Source of the DNA: Burkholderiales bacterium
Lineage (GTDB): Bacteria; Pseudomonadota; Gammaproteobacteria; Burkholderiales; JAEUOS01
Length of the DNA stretch: 64,000 nt
Direction of reading: 5' to 3'
Assembly: GCA_016790695.1 (NCBI GenBank)
Contig: JAEUOS010000192.1
Location: 13,064 to 77,063 of the forward strand
This document shows positions 17,949 through 27,065 of the stretch, piece after piece. The notes under the pieces were generated by a model that was not told where the DNA came from, did not search any database, and worked only from the letters and a program-made list of their open reading frames with translations. The translations under genes were made by a program, and so were the position numbers. Position 1 is the stretch's first letter, and each line of letters opens with the position of its first letter.

Positions 17949-19133
17949 TCAGGCCAGTCCGTGCACCGCCAGCGTCGCGCGCATGCGCGCGCACGCGAGG
18001 TCGGGGTCGCGCAGCAGCCCGGCGCGGTCGGCGAGGCGGAACAGCTCCGCCAGGTGCAGGATGGAGCGCGCGCTCTGCTGGCCGCCGACCATGGTGAAGT
18101 GGTCCTGCGCGCCGTTGAGATAGGCCATGAACACCACGCCGGTCTTGTAGAAGCGCGTCGGCGCGCGGAAGATGTGGCGCGACAGCGGCACGGTGGGCGC
18201 GAGGATCGCGTTGAAGGTGCGCGTGTCGTCCTTCGCCAGCGCGGCCAGCGCGGCGGAGGCCGCCGGCGCGATGGCGTCGAAGATGCCCAGCAGCGCATGG
18301 CTGAAGCCGACGGCATCGCCTTCGATCAGCTCGGCGTAGTTGAAGTCGTCGCCGGTGTACATCTTCACGCCGGGCGCGAGCCGGCGGCGCATCGCGATCT
18401 CCTTGTCCTTGTCGAGCAGCGACACCTTGACGCCGTCGACCCGCGCGGCGTTGCGGTTGATCACGTCGACGGCGACGTCCATCGCGGCCAGGTGATCGGC
18501 CCGGCCCCAGTAGCCGGCGAGCGCCGGGTCGAACATCTCGCCGAGCCAGTGGATGATCACCGGCTCCCTCACCTGCGTCAGGATGCGGTCGTAGACGCGG
18601 TGGTAGTCGTCGGGCGATCGCGCCACCTGCGCCAGCGCGCGGCTGGCCATCAGGATGATGCGTCCGCCGAGCTTCTCGATCGCCGCGATCTGTTCCTCGT
18701 AGGCGCGGATCACGTCGTCGACCGAGCGCGCCGCGGCGGGGTCGAGGTGGTCGGTGCCGGCGCCGCTGGCCAGGAGCGCGCCCGGGATCTCTTTCGCCGC
18801 GTCGATGGAGCGCCGGATGAGTTCGAGCGAGGTCGGCCAGTCCAGGCCCATGCCGCGCTGCGCGGTGTCCATCGCCTCGGCCACGCCGAGGCCCAACCGC
18901 CACAGCCGGCGCCGGTAGGCGATGGTGGCGTCCCAGTCGATCGCGCAATCCAGCCACGGGTCGTGCTCCGCCAGCGGGTCGGCGACCACGTGCGCTGCCG
19001 AGTAGGCGATGCGCGTGAAGGCGCCGGCGGCACGGTCCGGAAAGCTGCGCGAGGCCGACAGGCGGAAGGTCTCGAGCCGGCCGCCGGCGACCGGCAGGTC
19101 GATGGCGGCGGCGATGCGTTCGGGGGCGTTCAT
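17949..19133 (-). CDS. DUF993 family protein (TIM-barrel, aldolase/DHDPS-like by recollection)
   Basis: ATG at 19133 by codon count (394 aa), ATGA overlap with the upstream gene. Conserved-looking blocks IAYSAAHVVADP, GLGVAEAMDTAQRGMGLDW and PVIIHWLGEMFDPALAGYWG match my memory of DUF993. Confidence 0.7.
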   Translation of the reverse strand: MNAPERIAAAIDLPVAGGRLETFRLSASRSFPDRAAGAFTRIAYSAAHVVADPLAEHDPWLDCAIDWDATIAYRRRLWRLGLGVAEAMDTAQRGMGLDWPTSLELIRRSIDAAKEIPGALLASGAGTDHLDPAAARSVDDVIRAYEEQIAAIEKLGGRIILMASRALAQVARSPDDYHRVYDRILTQVREPVIIHWLGEMFDPALAGYWGRADHLAAMDVAVDVINRNAARVDGVKVSLLDKDKEIAMRRRLAPGVKMYTGDDFNYAELIEGDAVGFSHALLGIFDAIAPAASAALAALAKDDTRTFNAILAPTVPLSRHIFRAPTRFYKTGVVFMAYLNGAQDHFTMVGGQQSARSILHLAELFRLADRAGLLRDPDLACARMRATLAVHGLA

Positions 19134-20569
19134 GGACTCTCCTTCGGGTGGGCGAGCGCGCGCATGCTGTTCCAGTCGGGCATCGCGGCGCTGGCGAAGC
19201 CGGCGCAGGCGAGCGAGCCGATCGCGATCTGTCCGTCGCGGATCCGCAGGCGCACCGCGCCGTGCGAGCGCGCGTAGAGGTCCGGGTGGGCCGCGAGGAA
19301 ATCGCGCTGCTCGGCCTCCGGATACGCGGCCATGCCGTCGACGTAGTGGTGGCCGTTGCGCTCCACGTGGGTGATGCCCAGGAGGTTGACCAGCGCCAGG
19401 TCCTGCTGCACGGCCAGGCCTGCCTGCGTCGTCAGGTCCTCGGCCGACATGAAGTAGCGCGGCGCGCCCGTCTCGCGGTTCCACTGCGCGCAGCGCGCCG
19501 CGTTGAGGATCGACTTGTAGAGGCCCTTGCAGGTCTTGGACGACACGCCGTCGTAGCCGCGCGCGCGCGCGTCGGCAAAGGTGTCGAGGGAGCCGTCGGA
19601 CTCGTCGATGATCACCGGCAGGCCGAGCGGCGTGCGCGCGAAGTCGGCGTCGAGCGCGGTCTTGCGGTTGATCGGCTGCTCGACGAACAGGATCGACGCC
19701 GTCAGGCGCGTGAGCGCCGGGCGCTCGCGCATGCGCGCGAGCAGCAGGGCGACCGCCCCGGCGTCCGCATACTGCTCGTTGCCGTCCAGCGACGCGAAGT
19801 AGGGCGCGGCCGAGCGGTCGAGCACCGCGGCGATCGCCTCGAGGCGGGCGAGGTCGGCGCCGATGTCGCCGCCGACCTTGAGCTTGAAGTACCGGTGGCC
19901 GTAGGTGGCGACGACCTCGTCGAGCGTTTCCGGCAGGCCGTCGCCGACGCGCTCGCGCAGGTCGGCGGCGGTGATGGCATCGACGAGCCCGACGGTGTGG
20001 CGGGCCGCGATCGCGGCGGCGGGCTCGCGCGCCGCCAGGAACGCGTCGATGTCGAGGCCGCCGAACTCGCGCCGCGCCGCGCCGATGCCGGCCAGGTTGC
20101 CGCGCATGGCGGTGTAGAAGTCGGTGCCGGCGGCGCGGCAGGCGGCGTCGAGGATGGCGCGGTCGATCAGCGCGGGCCCGTAACTGGCGAGCAGCGGGTT
20201 GTGGCCCCGCGCGCCCGCGGCGGCCAGATGCGCGTCGTAGTGGCGCGCGAAGTGGCCGAAGGCGGATGCCGGCGTCGCGTCGGCGAGATAGGCGTCGCGC
20301 GCGAGCAGCAGCACGTCGCGCAGCTGGTCGAAGTTGTCCTCGTTGCTGAGCGCGAGGTTCTTGTCGAACCACTTCGGCGCCATCATCTCGGCGGCGGCGC
20401 CGGCGGCCGTGCGGCCGTCGGTGAATTCCAGGGTCACGCGCGCGAAGGCTTGCGGGCAGGCCGTCAGGGTGACGACGCCGAAGCGGAACGGCAGGCGCAG
20501 CACCACCGGCCGCTCGAACAGCTCGATGGCGCGGACGGAAAAGCGCGGGGCGGCGCCGGCGGCGGCCAT
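19130..20569 (-). CDS. Divergent enolase-superfamily-like protein (479 aa)
   Basis: KxK (YFKLKVGG) and acidic ligands in enolase-barrel order (SLDGNEQY, FVEQP, IIDESD), with long N- and C-terminal regions I do not recognise. Confidence 0.6.
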   Translation of the reverse strand: MAAAGAAPRFSVRAIELFERPVVLRLPFRFGVVTLTACPQAFARVTLEFTDGRTAAGAAAEMMAPKWFDKNLALSNEDNFDQLRDVLLLARDAYLADATPASAFGHFARHYDAHLAAAGARGHNPLLASYGPALIDRAILDAACRAAGTDFYTAMRGNLAGIGAARREFGGLDIDAFLAAREPAAAIAARHTVGLVDAITAADLRERVGDGLPETLDEVVATYGHRYFKLKVGGDIGADLARLEAIAAVLDRSAAPYFASLDGNEQYADAGAVALLLARMRERPALTRLTASILFVEQPINRKTALDADFARTPLGLPVIIDESDGSLDTFADARARGYDGVSSKTCKGLYKSILNAARCAQWNRETGAPRYFMSAEDLTTQAGLAVQQDLALVNLLGITHVERNGHHYVDGMAAYPEAEQRDFLAAHPDLYARSHGAVRLRIRDGQIAIGSLACAGFASAAMPDWNSMRALAHPKESP

Positions 20570-20573
20570 GGCG

Positions 20574-21353
20574 TCAGTCCATCGCCAGCACGCCGGTGGC
20601 GCGGAAGATCTCGCGGATGCGGCCGGTGTACTCGTTGAAGCGCTCGGGCACCCGGTCCAGGCGCCGCGGCCGCGGCAGGTCGATGTCGAGGATCTCGACG
20701 ATGCGCCCGGGGCGCGGGCTCATCACCACGACGCGGTCGGCCAGCAGCACCGCCTCGGGGATGCTGTGGGTGATGAACAGCGCCGTCTTGCGCTTCTCCA
20801 TCCAGACGCGCTGGATGTCCATCGCGATCTGCTCGCGCGTGAGCGCATCGAGCGCGCCGAACGGCTCGTCCATCAGCAGCAGCGGCGGGTCGTGCACCAG
20901 CGCGCGGCAGATCGAGGCGCGCTGGCGCATGCCGCCGGAGAGCTCGAACGGCCGGTGCTTCTCGAATCCCGCGAGGCCGGTCGATGCCAGCAGGTGGCGC
21001 GCGACCGGCTCGTAGGCCGCGCGGTCGAGGCCGCGGATGTCGACCTGCAGCATCACGTTGTCGAGGATGTTGCGCCAGTCGAGCAGGATCGCGTCCTGGA
21101 ACACGATGCCGAGGTCGGTGTGCGGCCCGTCGACGCGCCGGCCGTCGACGGTGATCGTGCCGCTGGTGTACGGCTGCAGCCCGGCCACCATCTTGAGGAT
21201 GGTGGTCTTGCCGCAGCCGCTCGGGCCGACGATGGCGATGAACTCCGAGCGCCGGATCGCGAGGTTGACCTCGCCGCAGGCCTCGACCGGCCCGGCCTTC
21301 GACGGGTAGACCTTGCCGACGTTGTCGAGCCGGATGTAGGTGTCGTCGGCCAT
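20574..21353 (-). CDS. ABC transporter ATP-binding protein (NitT/TauT family)
   Basis: 259 aa; Walker A GPSGCGKTT, signature LSGGMRQR, Walker B LLLMDEP. Its start overlaps the SBP stop by 1 nt. Confidence 0.9.
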   Translation of the reverse strand: MADDTYIRLDNVGKVYPSKAGPVEACGEVNLAIRRSEFIAIVGPSGCGKTTILKMVAGLQPYTSGTITVDGRRVDGPHTDLGIVFQDAILLDWRNILDNVMLQVDIRGLDRAAYEPVARHLLASTGLAGFEKHRPFELSGGMRQRASICRALVHDPPLLLMDEPFGALDALTREQIAMDIQRVWMEKRKTALFITHSIPEAVLLADRVVVMSPRPGRIVEILDIDLPRPRRLDRVPERFNEYTGRIREIFRATGVLAMD

Positions 21354-22363
21354 CAGCGCTTGGGCAGGTACGGCGCTTCCGACAGGTACTCGTTGGTGAA
21401 GTACACGTTGAGGTCGGACGCCGGATTGAGCTTGGCGAACTTCGCGAGCAGGTCCTGGGTGTCGCGCCAGTCGCCGATGTCGGAGACCCCGATCGCCTTG
21501 CCCTTGGTGCGCTCGGTGCGGATGATGCTCATCGTGCCCTCGACCTCGAGCAGCGCGATCTCCTGGGTGAACACCGGCGCGGCCTTGCGGAAGATCTCGG
21601 CGGCCTCGGCGCGATTGTCGAACGCATGCTGCCAGCCGCGCTGCGAGGCGCGCAGGAAGCGCCGCAGCATGTCCTGGTTCTTCGCATCCTTGGCCCAGTT
21701 GTTGTTGACGATGATCGCCGAGGACAGCGTGGTCACGCCGGCCATGTCGTAGAGGCGGGTCCAGCCCATCTTGACGCCGGTCTGCAGCTGCATGCGCGGG
21801 CCCTGGTCCATGAAGTAGCCGAGCAGCGCGTCGGCCTGCTTGTTGAGCACGGCCTGCTCCTTGCCCTGCGGATTGGCCACCGTGATCACCTGGACATCCT
21901 CGACCTTCATGCCGAGCTTGCCCATGAAGGCGGTGAAGATCGCGAGGCTCGCGTCGCCGGCGGTCATGGCGATGCGGCTGCCCTTGATCTCCGAGATCTT
22001 GGTCGGCCGCGCCGCGTCCGCCCGGTAGATGAAGGCCATCGGGCTCTGCTGCAGGGTCACGCCGACCGCGCGGATCGGCATGCCGTTCGAGACGCCGCGC
22101 ATCATCGTCGCGGCGTCGACGTACGCGACCGGGCTGTTGTTCGACGCCACCAGCTGCGAGACGGTGGTCGAGCCGCTGCCTTCCTGGATCTCGACGTCGA
22201 GCCCCTCGGCGGCGTAGAAGCCCTTGTCGCGGGCGACGAAGAACGGCGCGTGCTCGCCGTACAGCGTCCAGTTGAGGCGGAACGGGAACTTGTCGAGCCG
22301 GGCCTGGGCCAGGGCCTGGCCGCCCATCATCAGCAGTACCAACAGCAGCAGGATGCGCTTCAT
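21353..22363 (-). CDS. NMT1/THI5-like (SsuA/TauA-type) periplasmic substrate-binding protein
   Basis: 336 aa with signal peptide MKRILLLLVLLMMGGQALAQA. Located between the ATPase and the permease of the same family. Confidence 0.85.
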   Translation of the reverse strand: MKRILLLLVLLMMGGQALAQARLDKFPFRLNWTLYGEHAPFFVARDKGFYAAEGLDVEIQEGSGSTTVSQLVASNNSPVAYVDAATMMRGVSNGMPIRAVGVTLQQSPMAFIYRADAARPTKISEIKGSRIAMTAGDASLAIFTAFMGKLGMKVEDVQVITVANPQGKEQAVLNKQADALLGYFMDQGPRMQLQTGVKMGWTRLYDMAGVTTLSSAIIVNNNWAKDAKNQDMLRRFLRASQRGWQHAFDNRAEAAEIFRKAAPVFTQEIALLEVEGTMSIIRTERTKGKAIGVSDIGDWRDTQDLLAKFAKLNPASDLNVYFTNEYLSEAPYLPKR

Positions 22364-22388
22364 GGATGTCTCCTTTGGGTTGACGACG

Positions 22389-23156
22389 CTACATGGTGCC
22401 TGCGCCCTCGCGCACGCGGTGGGTCACGTGCCAGGGGATCAGGAAGGCTTCGAGGAACTCGACGATGTAGAAGAACACCAGGCCGATGATGGTCAGCGCC
22501 ACGATGGTCGCGAACATCAGCGCGGTCTCCATGTTCGAATTGGTGACCAGCAGCAGGTAGCCGAGCCCCTTGTCGGCGCCGACGAACTCGCCGACCACCG
22601 CGCCGGCGACCGCGAGGGTGGCGGCGACCTTGAGCCCGGAGAAGAGGTAGGGCAGGCTGGTCGGCAGGCGGAAGCGCGCGAACAGCTGCCAGCGCGTTGC
22701 GCCCATCGAGCGCGCCAGGTCGTTCATTTCCGACGACATCGAGCGCAGGCCGACGGCCGCGTCGATGACGATCGGAAAGAACGAGATCAGGAACGCGACC
22801 AGCACCTTGGGCGTGGTGCCGACGCCGAACCACACGAGGAACAGCGGCGCGATCGCGACCTTGGGCACGACCTGGAAGAACAGGAGCTGCGGCGTGATGA
22901 AGCGGTCGAAGCGGTTCGACGAGGTGATGCCGATCGCGAGCGGCACGGCGATGACCACCGCGAGCAGGTAGCCGAGCAGCATCTCGTAGGTCGTGATCCA
23001 GCCGTGGAACAGCAGCTTGGGGAACTCCTGGACGAACGTGCCGAACACCTTGGTCGGCGGCGGCATCAGGTAGGCCGGCACCTTGAACAGGTGCACCAGC
23101 ACCTCCCAGGCGGCGAGGAAGACGAGGATGCCGAAGAACGGGGCGAGGCGGATCAT
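22389..23156 (-). CDS. ABC transporter permease (NitT/TauT family)
   Basis: ATG at 23156 by codon count (255 aa, 6 predicted TM). ATGA overlap with the upstream enolase gene. Confidence 0.9.
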   Translation of the reverse strand: MIRLAPFFGILVFLAAWEVLVHLFKVPAYLMPPPTKVFGTFVQEFPKLLFHGWITTYEMLLGYLLAVVIAVPLAIGITSSNRFDRFITPQLLFFQVVPKVAIAPLFLVWFGVGTTPKVLVAFLISFFPIVIDAAVGLRSMSSEMNDLARSMGATRWQLFARFRLPTSLPYLFSGLKVAATLAVAGAVVGEFVGADKGLGYLLLVTNSNMETALMFATIVALTIIGLVFFYIVEFLEAFLIPWHVTHRVREGAGTM

Positions 23157-24277
23157 GAAGCGGCGGCGGGCGTCAGGGATTGGAGGGCGGCGGCGTCCGG
23201 CACGATGCCGAGGCCGGGGCGGTCGGGCACGCGCACGCGGTCCAGCCGCGCGCGGAACGCGGCGTCGGTCGTGCCGCGGCCGTCGAGGTACTGCGGGCCG
23301 TTGAGCGCCGCCGGCCGTTCCAGGCCGGCCCAGGCGAACAGGTGGATCGAGGCGGCGAGCGACAGTTCGGCGTCGGTCAGGCCGGAGGCGAACAGCGCGA
23401 GCCCGTCGCGGCGCATGCCCTCGACGATGCGCGCGGCGTGCCAGAGGCCGCCGCAGCGCGCCACCTTCATCGCGATGCCGTCGAGCATGCCGAGGGCGGC
23501 GAACTCCTCGGCCTCGACCGCCGAGATCACGCCTTCGTCCATCAGGATCGGCAGCGCACCCTGCCGCTTGAGCGCCTGGTAGGCGCGGATGCGATTCGGC
23601 GGCAGCGGCGACTCGAGGGCCGCCAGCCCCAGGTCGGCCAGGCGCGGCGCCTGCGCGAGCGCGGTATCGAGGTCGTAGCCGGTGTTGGCGTCGCCCCAAT
23701 GGAGCCCGCCGGGCGCGAAGGCCATCACCTTGCGGACCAGGGCGAGATCGTAGTCGGGGCTCTGCGGCGGGCCGAGCTTGATGTTGAAGCTGCCGTAGCC
23801 GAGGGCGCGGCCCTCCTCGAGCAGCCGGTCGGCGGCGTCGAGGCTCGTGGTGTTGATGGTCCACGACAGCCGGATCTCCGCGGCGCGCACGCCGCCCAGC
23901 AGCGCGGCCACCGGCCGGCCGGCCTGGTGTCCCCAGAGGTCGTGGCAGGCGAGGTCGATCGCCGCCTTGGCCAGCGGCTGCCCGACCGAGAAGCTCGGCC
24001 GGATCGCGCGTTCCATCCGCGCATGGATGTCGGCGAGATCGGCGGGATCGGCGCCGAGCACCGCCGGCGCGAGGTACAGCCGGAGCGTGGACTCGACGCT
24101 CTCGACGGTCTCGTAGGTCCAGGTCTCGACCGGCACCGCCTGCCCGTAGCCGTGGCGCCCGTCCGCGTCGGTCAGGCGCACCAGCACGGTCGGCCGGCTG
24201 CCCGACTTGAAGAACTTGAACTCGCCCACCAGGGGATAGTCCCGGCGGCCGACTTCCACCTTGGTGATCCTGGACAT
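23153..24277 (-). CDS. Enolase-superfamily enzyme, muconate-lactonizing-subgroup-like (racemase/epimerase/cycloisomerase candidate)
   Basis: 374 aa; NIKLG (first Lys of KxK replaced by Asn), ligands WGDANTG / ALESP / LMDEG, and second base IAMKVARCGG. Confidence 0.85.
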   Translation of the reverse strand: MSRITKVEVGRRDYPLVGEFKFFKSGSRPTVLVRLTDADGRHGYGQAVPVETWTYETVESVESTLRLYLAPAVLGADPADLADIHARMERAIRPSFSVGQPLAKAAIDLACHDLWGHQAGRPVAALLGGVRAAEIRLSWTINTTSLDAADRLLEEGRALGYGSFNIKLGPPQSPDYDLALVRKVMAFAPGGLHWGDANTGYDLDTALAQAPRLADLGLAALESPLPPNRIRAYQALKRQGALPILMDEGVISAVEAEEFAALGMLDGIAMKVARCGGLWHAARIVEGMRRDGLALFASGLTDAELSLAASIHLFAWAGLERPAALNGPQYLDGRGTTDAAFRARLDRVRVPDRPGLGIVPDAAALQSLTPAAAS

Positions 24278-24319
24278 GTCGATTGCAGGGAGATGCCGCG
24301 CCAGAACGAGTCGGGAAGT

Positions 24320-24335
24320 GTAACCGAACGGTTAA
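24320..24335. promoter_or_regulatory. Candidate TetR-type operator O1 (GTAAC-N6-GTTAA)
   Basis: gTAACcgaaCGGTTAa, 43 nt upstream of the enolase ATG (24277, minus strand). It shares TAAC-N4-CGGTTA with three other sites. Confidence 0.55.
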
Positions 24336-24458
24336 CCTCGTTCACCGCCGCGCTGCGGCGCGCGGGCGCCGCCGCCGCCGCGCGCGCGCCGCCGCGACGG
24401 ACGCACCCGGAGGCGGTCGCACACCGGCCCGCGCGCGGCGGCCGGGCCCGGGCCCGAA

Positions 24459-24474
24459 GTAACGAGACGGTTAC
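24459..24474. promoter_or_regulatory. Candidate TetR-type operator O2 (GTAAC-N6-GTTAC)
   Basis: gTAACgagaCGGTTAc, 44 nt upstream of the MetE-like ATG (24518). It sits immediately upstream of a TAGGAT -10-like hexamer at 24481. Confidence 0.55.
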
Positions 24475-24517
24475 ATGTGTTAGGATTTTCGGGTTCATCG
24501 CAACCACGGGAATCGCC

Positions 24518-25522
24518 ATGCCGCGCATCAAGACCACCGTCGTCGGGTCGTATCCGGTGCCCGACTGGCTCGCCGCCGCGCCGTCCGAGCAGGCGCTGAC
24601 CGACGCCACCCGCGTGGTCATCGCCACGCAGGAGACCGCCGGCATCGACGTGGTCTGCGACGGTGAGCTCTACCGCTTCGACGTCAACCATCCCGAGACC
24701 AACGGGATGATCGAGTACTTCGTGCGCCCGCTCGACGGGGTCGGCTTCCGCATGAGTTTCGAGGAGCGCATCGCCTACCGCCAGGCCGAGGCGACGCGCT
24801 TTCGCACCCGCCCGCCGGGCGTCGTCGAGGGGCCGCTCGGCAGCGGCATGCTCGACCTGCCGCTCGCGTGCGCGCGCGCCGCGGCGCTCGCCACCAAGCC
24901 GTTCAAGTTCACCCTGACCGGCCCGCACATGCTCGCCAAGATGGTGATGAACAAGCACTACAAGGACACGCCGTCGCTGGCGTTCGCGCTCGCCGACATC
25001 CTCGCCGAGCAGGTCGCGCACTGCCGCGCCGACATCATCCAGGTCGACGAGGCCAACCTGCCCGGCGCGCCCGACGAATGGGAGTGGGCGGCCGCGTCGA
25101 TGAATCGGGTGCTCGACGCGGTCACGTCGGTGCCCGCGGTGCACCTGTGCTTCGGCAACTACGGCGGCCAGAGCATCCAGAAGGGCGGCTGGAAGAGCCT
25201 GATCCGCTACCTCAACGCATTGCACGTCGACCACATCGTCATGGAATGCGCGCACCGGCCCGAGGACGAACTCGCGGTGTTCCGCGACCTCGACCCGAAG
25301 ATCGGCTTCGGGCTGGGCGTGGTCGACATCAAGCGCACCGAGGCCGAGTCGGCGGACGCGATCGCGCGCGCGATCGAGCGTGCCGAGAAGACCCTGGGCG
25401 CGGGGCGCGTGAAGTACATCCATCCGGACTGCGGCTTCTGGATGCTCAAGCGCGGCATCGCCGACGCCAAGATCCGCGCGCTCGCGAAGGGGCGCGACCT
25501 GTTCGAGGGCGTCGCCGGCTAG
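24518..25522 (+). CDS. Cobalamin-independent methionine synthase (MetE C-terminal-like) family protein, second paralog
   Basis: 334 aa from MPRIKTTVVGSYPVPDWL, with VHLCFGNYGG and HPDCGFW motifs. Confidence 0.8.
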   Translation: MPRIKTTVVGSYPVPDWLAAAPSEQALTDATRVVIATQETAGIDVVCDGELYRFDVNHPETNGMIEYFVRPLDGVGFRMSFEERIAYRQAEATRFRTRPPGVVEGPLGSGMLDLPLACARAAALATKPFKFTLTGPHMLAKMVMNKHYKDTPSLAFALADILAEQVAHCRADIIQVDEANLPGAPDEWEWAAASMNRVLDAVTSVPAVHLCFGNYGGQSIQKGGWKSLIRYLNALHVDHIVMECAHRPEDELAVFRDLDPKIGFGLGVVDIKRTEAESADAIARAIERAEKTLGAGRVKYIHPDCGFWMLKRGIADAKIRALAKGRDLFEGVAG

Positions 25523-26346
25523 AGGCTCTCGGCGAGACCCTGCAGGTAGCCGATCGCGCGCGCCGCGCAGCCCGGGCCGTCCGGCACGTACTCGAACGGC
25601 TCGGCGGCGACCACGCCCGCGTAGCCGGTGTCCGCCAGCGCGCGCAGGATCGGCCCGAATTCCATCGCGCCCTGTCCGGGCGCGCGCCGGTTCGGGTCGT
25701 TGACCTGGACGTGGGCGACGAGCCCGGTGGGCATCCAGCGGCGGATCAGGTCGGCCACCGGCTCGGCCTCGGAGACGCCGGCGGAACTGGTGTCGATCAT
25801 GGTGCGCAGATGCGGGTTGTCGACCGCGCGCACGATCGCGGCGGCGTCGGCAAGCGTGTTGATCACCCGCGTCTGCGCCGGCGACAGCGGCTCGATGCAG
25901 TAGGTGACGCCGGCCGCGCGCGCGGCCGCGCCGGCAGCGGCGAACGCCTCGGTGGCGCGGTCGACGGCGGTCGCGACGGTCTCGCCCGGCGCCACGGCGC
26001 GCTGGGCATTCGAGCCGTGCACGAGGTAGGTGCCGCCCATCGCGGCGCACAGCTCGCACAGCCGCCGCATCATCGCCACGGTGCGCGCGCGCACGGCGCC
26101 GTCGGGCGCGGTGATCGACAGGCCCGCGGGCCGGACCAGCAGCCAGTGCAGCCCGGTGATGGCGATGCCGTGATCGGCGGCGACCGCGGCCAGCGCGCGC
26201 GCATCGGCCTCGGTCATCGCCTCGGGGTCGTCGGCGACCGTGTAGGGGGCGACCTCCAGCCCCATGTAGCCGAGCGCGGCGGCGATGCGGCATTGCGCGG
26301 CGAACGGCAGCGGTGCGAGCACCTCGTTGCACAGCGCGAACTTCAT
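25519..26346 (-). CDS. Sugar phosphate isomerase/epimerase (xylose-isomerase-like TIM barrel)
   Basis: 275 aa; MKFALCNEVL... with YCIEPL and VHVQVND motifs. It lies 19 nt downstream of the TetR gene, so it is probably co-transcribed with it. Confidence 0.8.
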   Translation of the reverse strand: MKFALCNEVLAPLPFAAQCRIAAALGYMGLEVAPYTVADDPEAMTEADARALAAVAADHGIAITGLHWLLVRPAGLSITAPDGAVRARTVAMMRRLCELCAAMGGTYLVHGSNAQRAVAPGETVATAVDRATEAFAAAGAAARAAGVTYCIEPLSPAQTRVINTLADAAAIVRAVDNPHLRTMIDTSSAGVSEAEPVADLIRRWMPTGLVAHVQVNDPNRRAPGQGAMEFGPILRALADTGYAGVVAAEPFEYVPDGPGCAARAIGYLQGLAESL

Positions 26347-26365
26347 CGCGATCCGCTCCGCGCGG

Positions 26366-27040
26366 TCATGCCTTGAACAGATAGCCCAGCACGAGGTCGG
26401 TCATGTGCGCGAGGCGCTCGGCCTTGGCGCGCGGCGACAGCAGGTCGCGGCCGAAGATCGCCGACAGCGTGTACTTGTTGCCGAGGTAGAAGTAGGTGAG
26501 CGCGGCGATCGAGATGTACAGCTGCACCGGATCGACGCCGGCGCGGAAGACGCCGGACTTGCGCCCGCGCTCGAGGATGTCCTCGATCATGGCCACGAAC
26601 GGCGAATGCATCGAGCGCACCGTGGTCGAATTCTCGAGGTGCCGCGCGCGATGCAGGTTGGCGCTGTTCAAGAGCGTCATGAATTCCGGGTTCTCGAGGT
26701 AGTAGTTCCAGGTGAACGCGACCAGCCGGCGGATCGCCTCCGGCGGCTCGACCTCGGCCAGGCGCAGCGCCTTCTCGGCCTCGCGGATGTGCGCGTAGGC
26801 GGCCTCGAGCACCGCGAGGAACAGCTCGTCCTTGTTGCCGAAGTAGTAGTAGAGCATGCGCTTGTTCGCATCGGCCGCGGCGGCGATGCGGTCGACGCGC
26901 GCCCCGCCCAGGCCGTGGGCGGCGAACTCCGCCTTGGCAGCCTCGAGGATGCGCGCGCGGGTGCGCTCCGGGTCGCGCGCCGGGCGGTCGACCGGCCGCT
27001 TGCGCCGGGCCGGCGATGCCGCTTTCGGAATGGCCTTCAT
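26366..27040 (-). CDS. TetR/AcrR-family transcriptional regulator
   Basis: 224 aa; HTH (ILEAAKAEFAAHGLGGARVDRIAAAADANKRMLYYYFGNKDELF). Confidence 0.9.
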   Translation of the reverse strand: MKAIPKAASPARRKRPVDRPARDPERTRARILEAAKAEFAAHGLGGARVDRIAAAADANKRMLYYYFGNKDELFLAVLEAAYAHIREAEKALRLAEVEPPEAIRRLVAFTWNYYLENPEFMTLLNSANLHRARHLENSTTVRSMHSPFVAMIEDILERGRKSGVFRAGVDPVQLYISIAALTYFYLGNKYTLSAIFGRDLLSPRAKAERLAHMTDLVLGYLFKA

Positions 27041-27046
27041 CGAACT

Positions 27047-27065
27047 ATTGTAACTGTCCGGTTAC
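27047..27065. promoter_or_regulatory. Candidate TetR operator O3 (GTAAC-N6-GTTAC) overlapping a TACAAT -10 box for the TetR gene
   Basis: Plus strand gTAACtgtcCGGTTAc at 27050-27065. On the minus strand it reads GGTAACCGGACAGTTACAATagttcgATG. TACAAT (27052-27047) ends 6 nt before the TetR ATG, and there is no Shine-Dalgarno. Confidence 0.55.

Noticed and set aside
15010-18123. 1037-aa plus-strand ORF. Similar giant ORFs in the track include 6904-9438 (+), 28677-30815 (+), 29692-31512 (-), 44877-47597 (-), 48960-51614 (-), 49100-52375 (+) and 61773-63818 (-).
   Set aside because: They run antisense to, or out of frame with, CDSs that carry clear domain motifs. Their translations are Arg/Ala/Gly/Pro/Asp-rich low-complexity strings with no recognisable motifs. 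Long stop-free shadow frames are expected at this GC content.
25519-25522. Convergent genes sharing a CTAG (TAG stops overlapping on both strands) here and again at 42847-42850
   Set aside because: This is a trivial consequence of two TAG stop codons facing each other, since CTAG is self-complementary. I see no evidence of function beyond compact packing.
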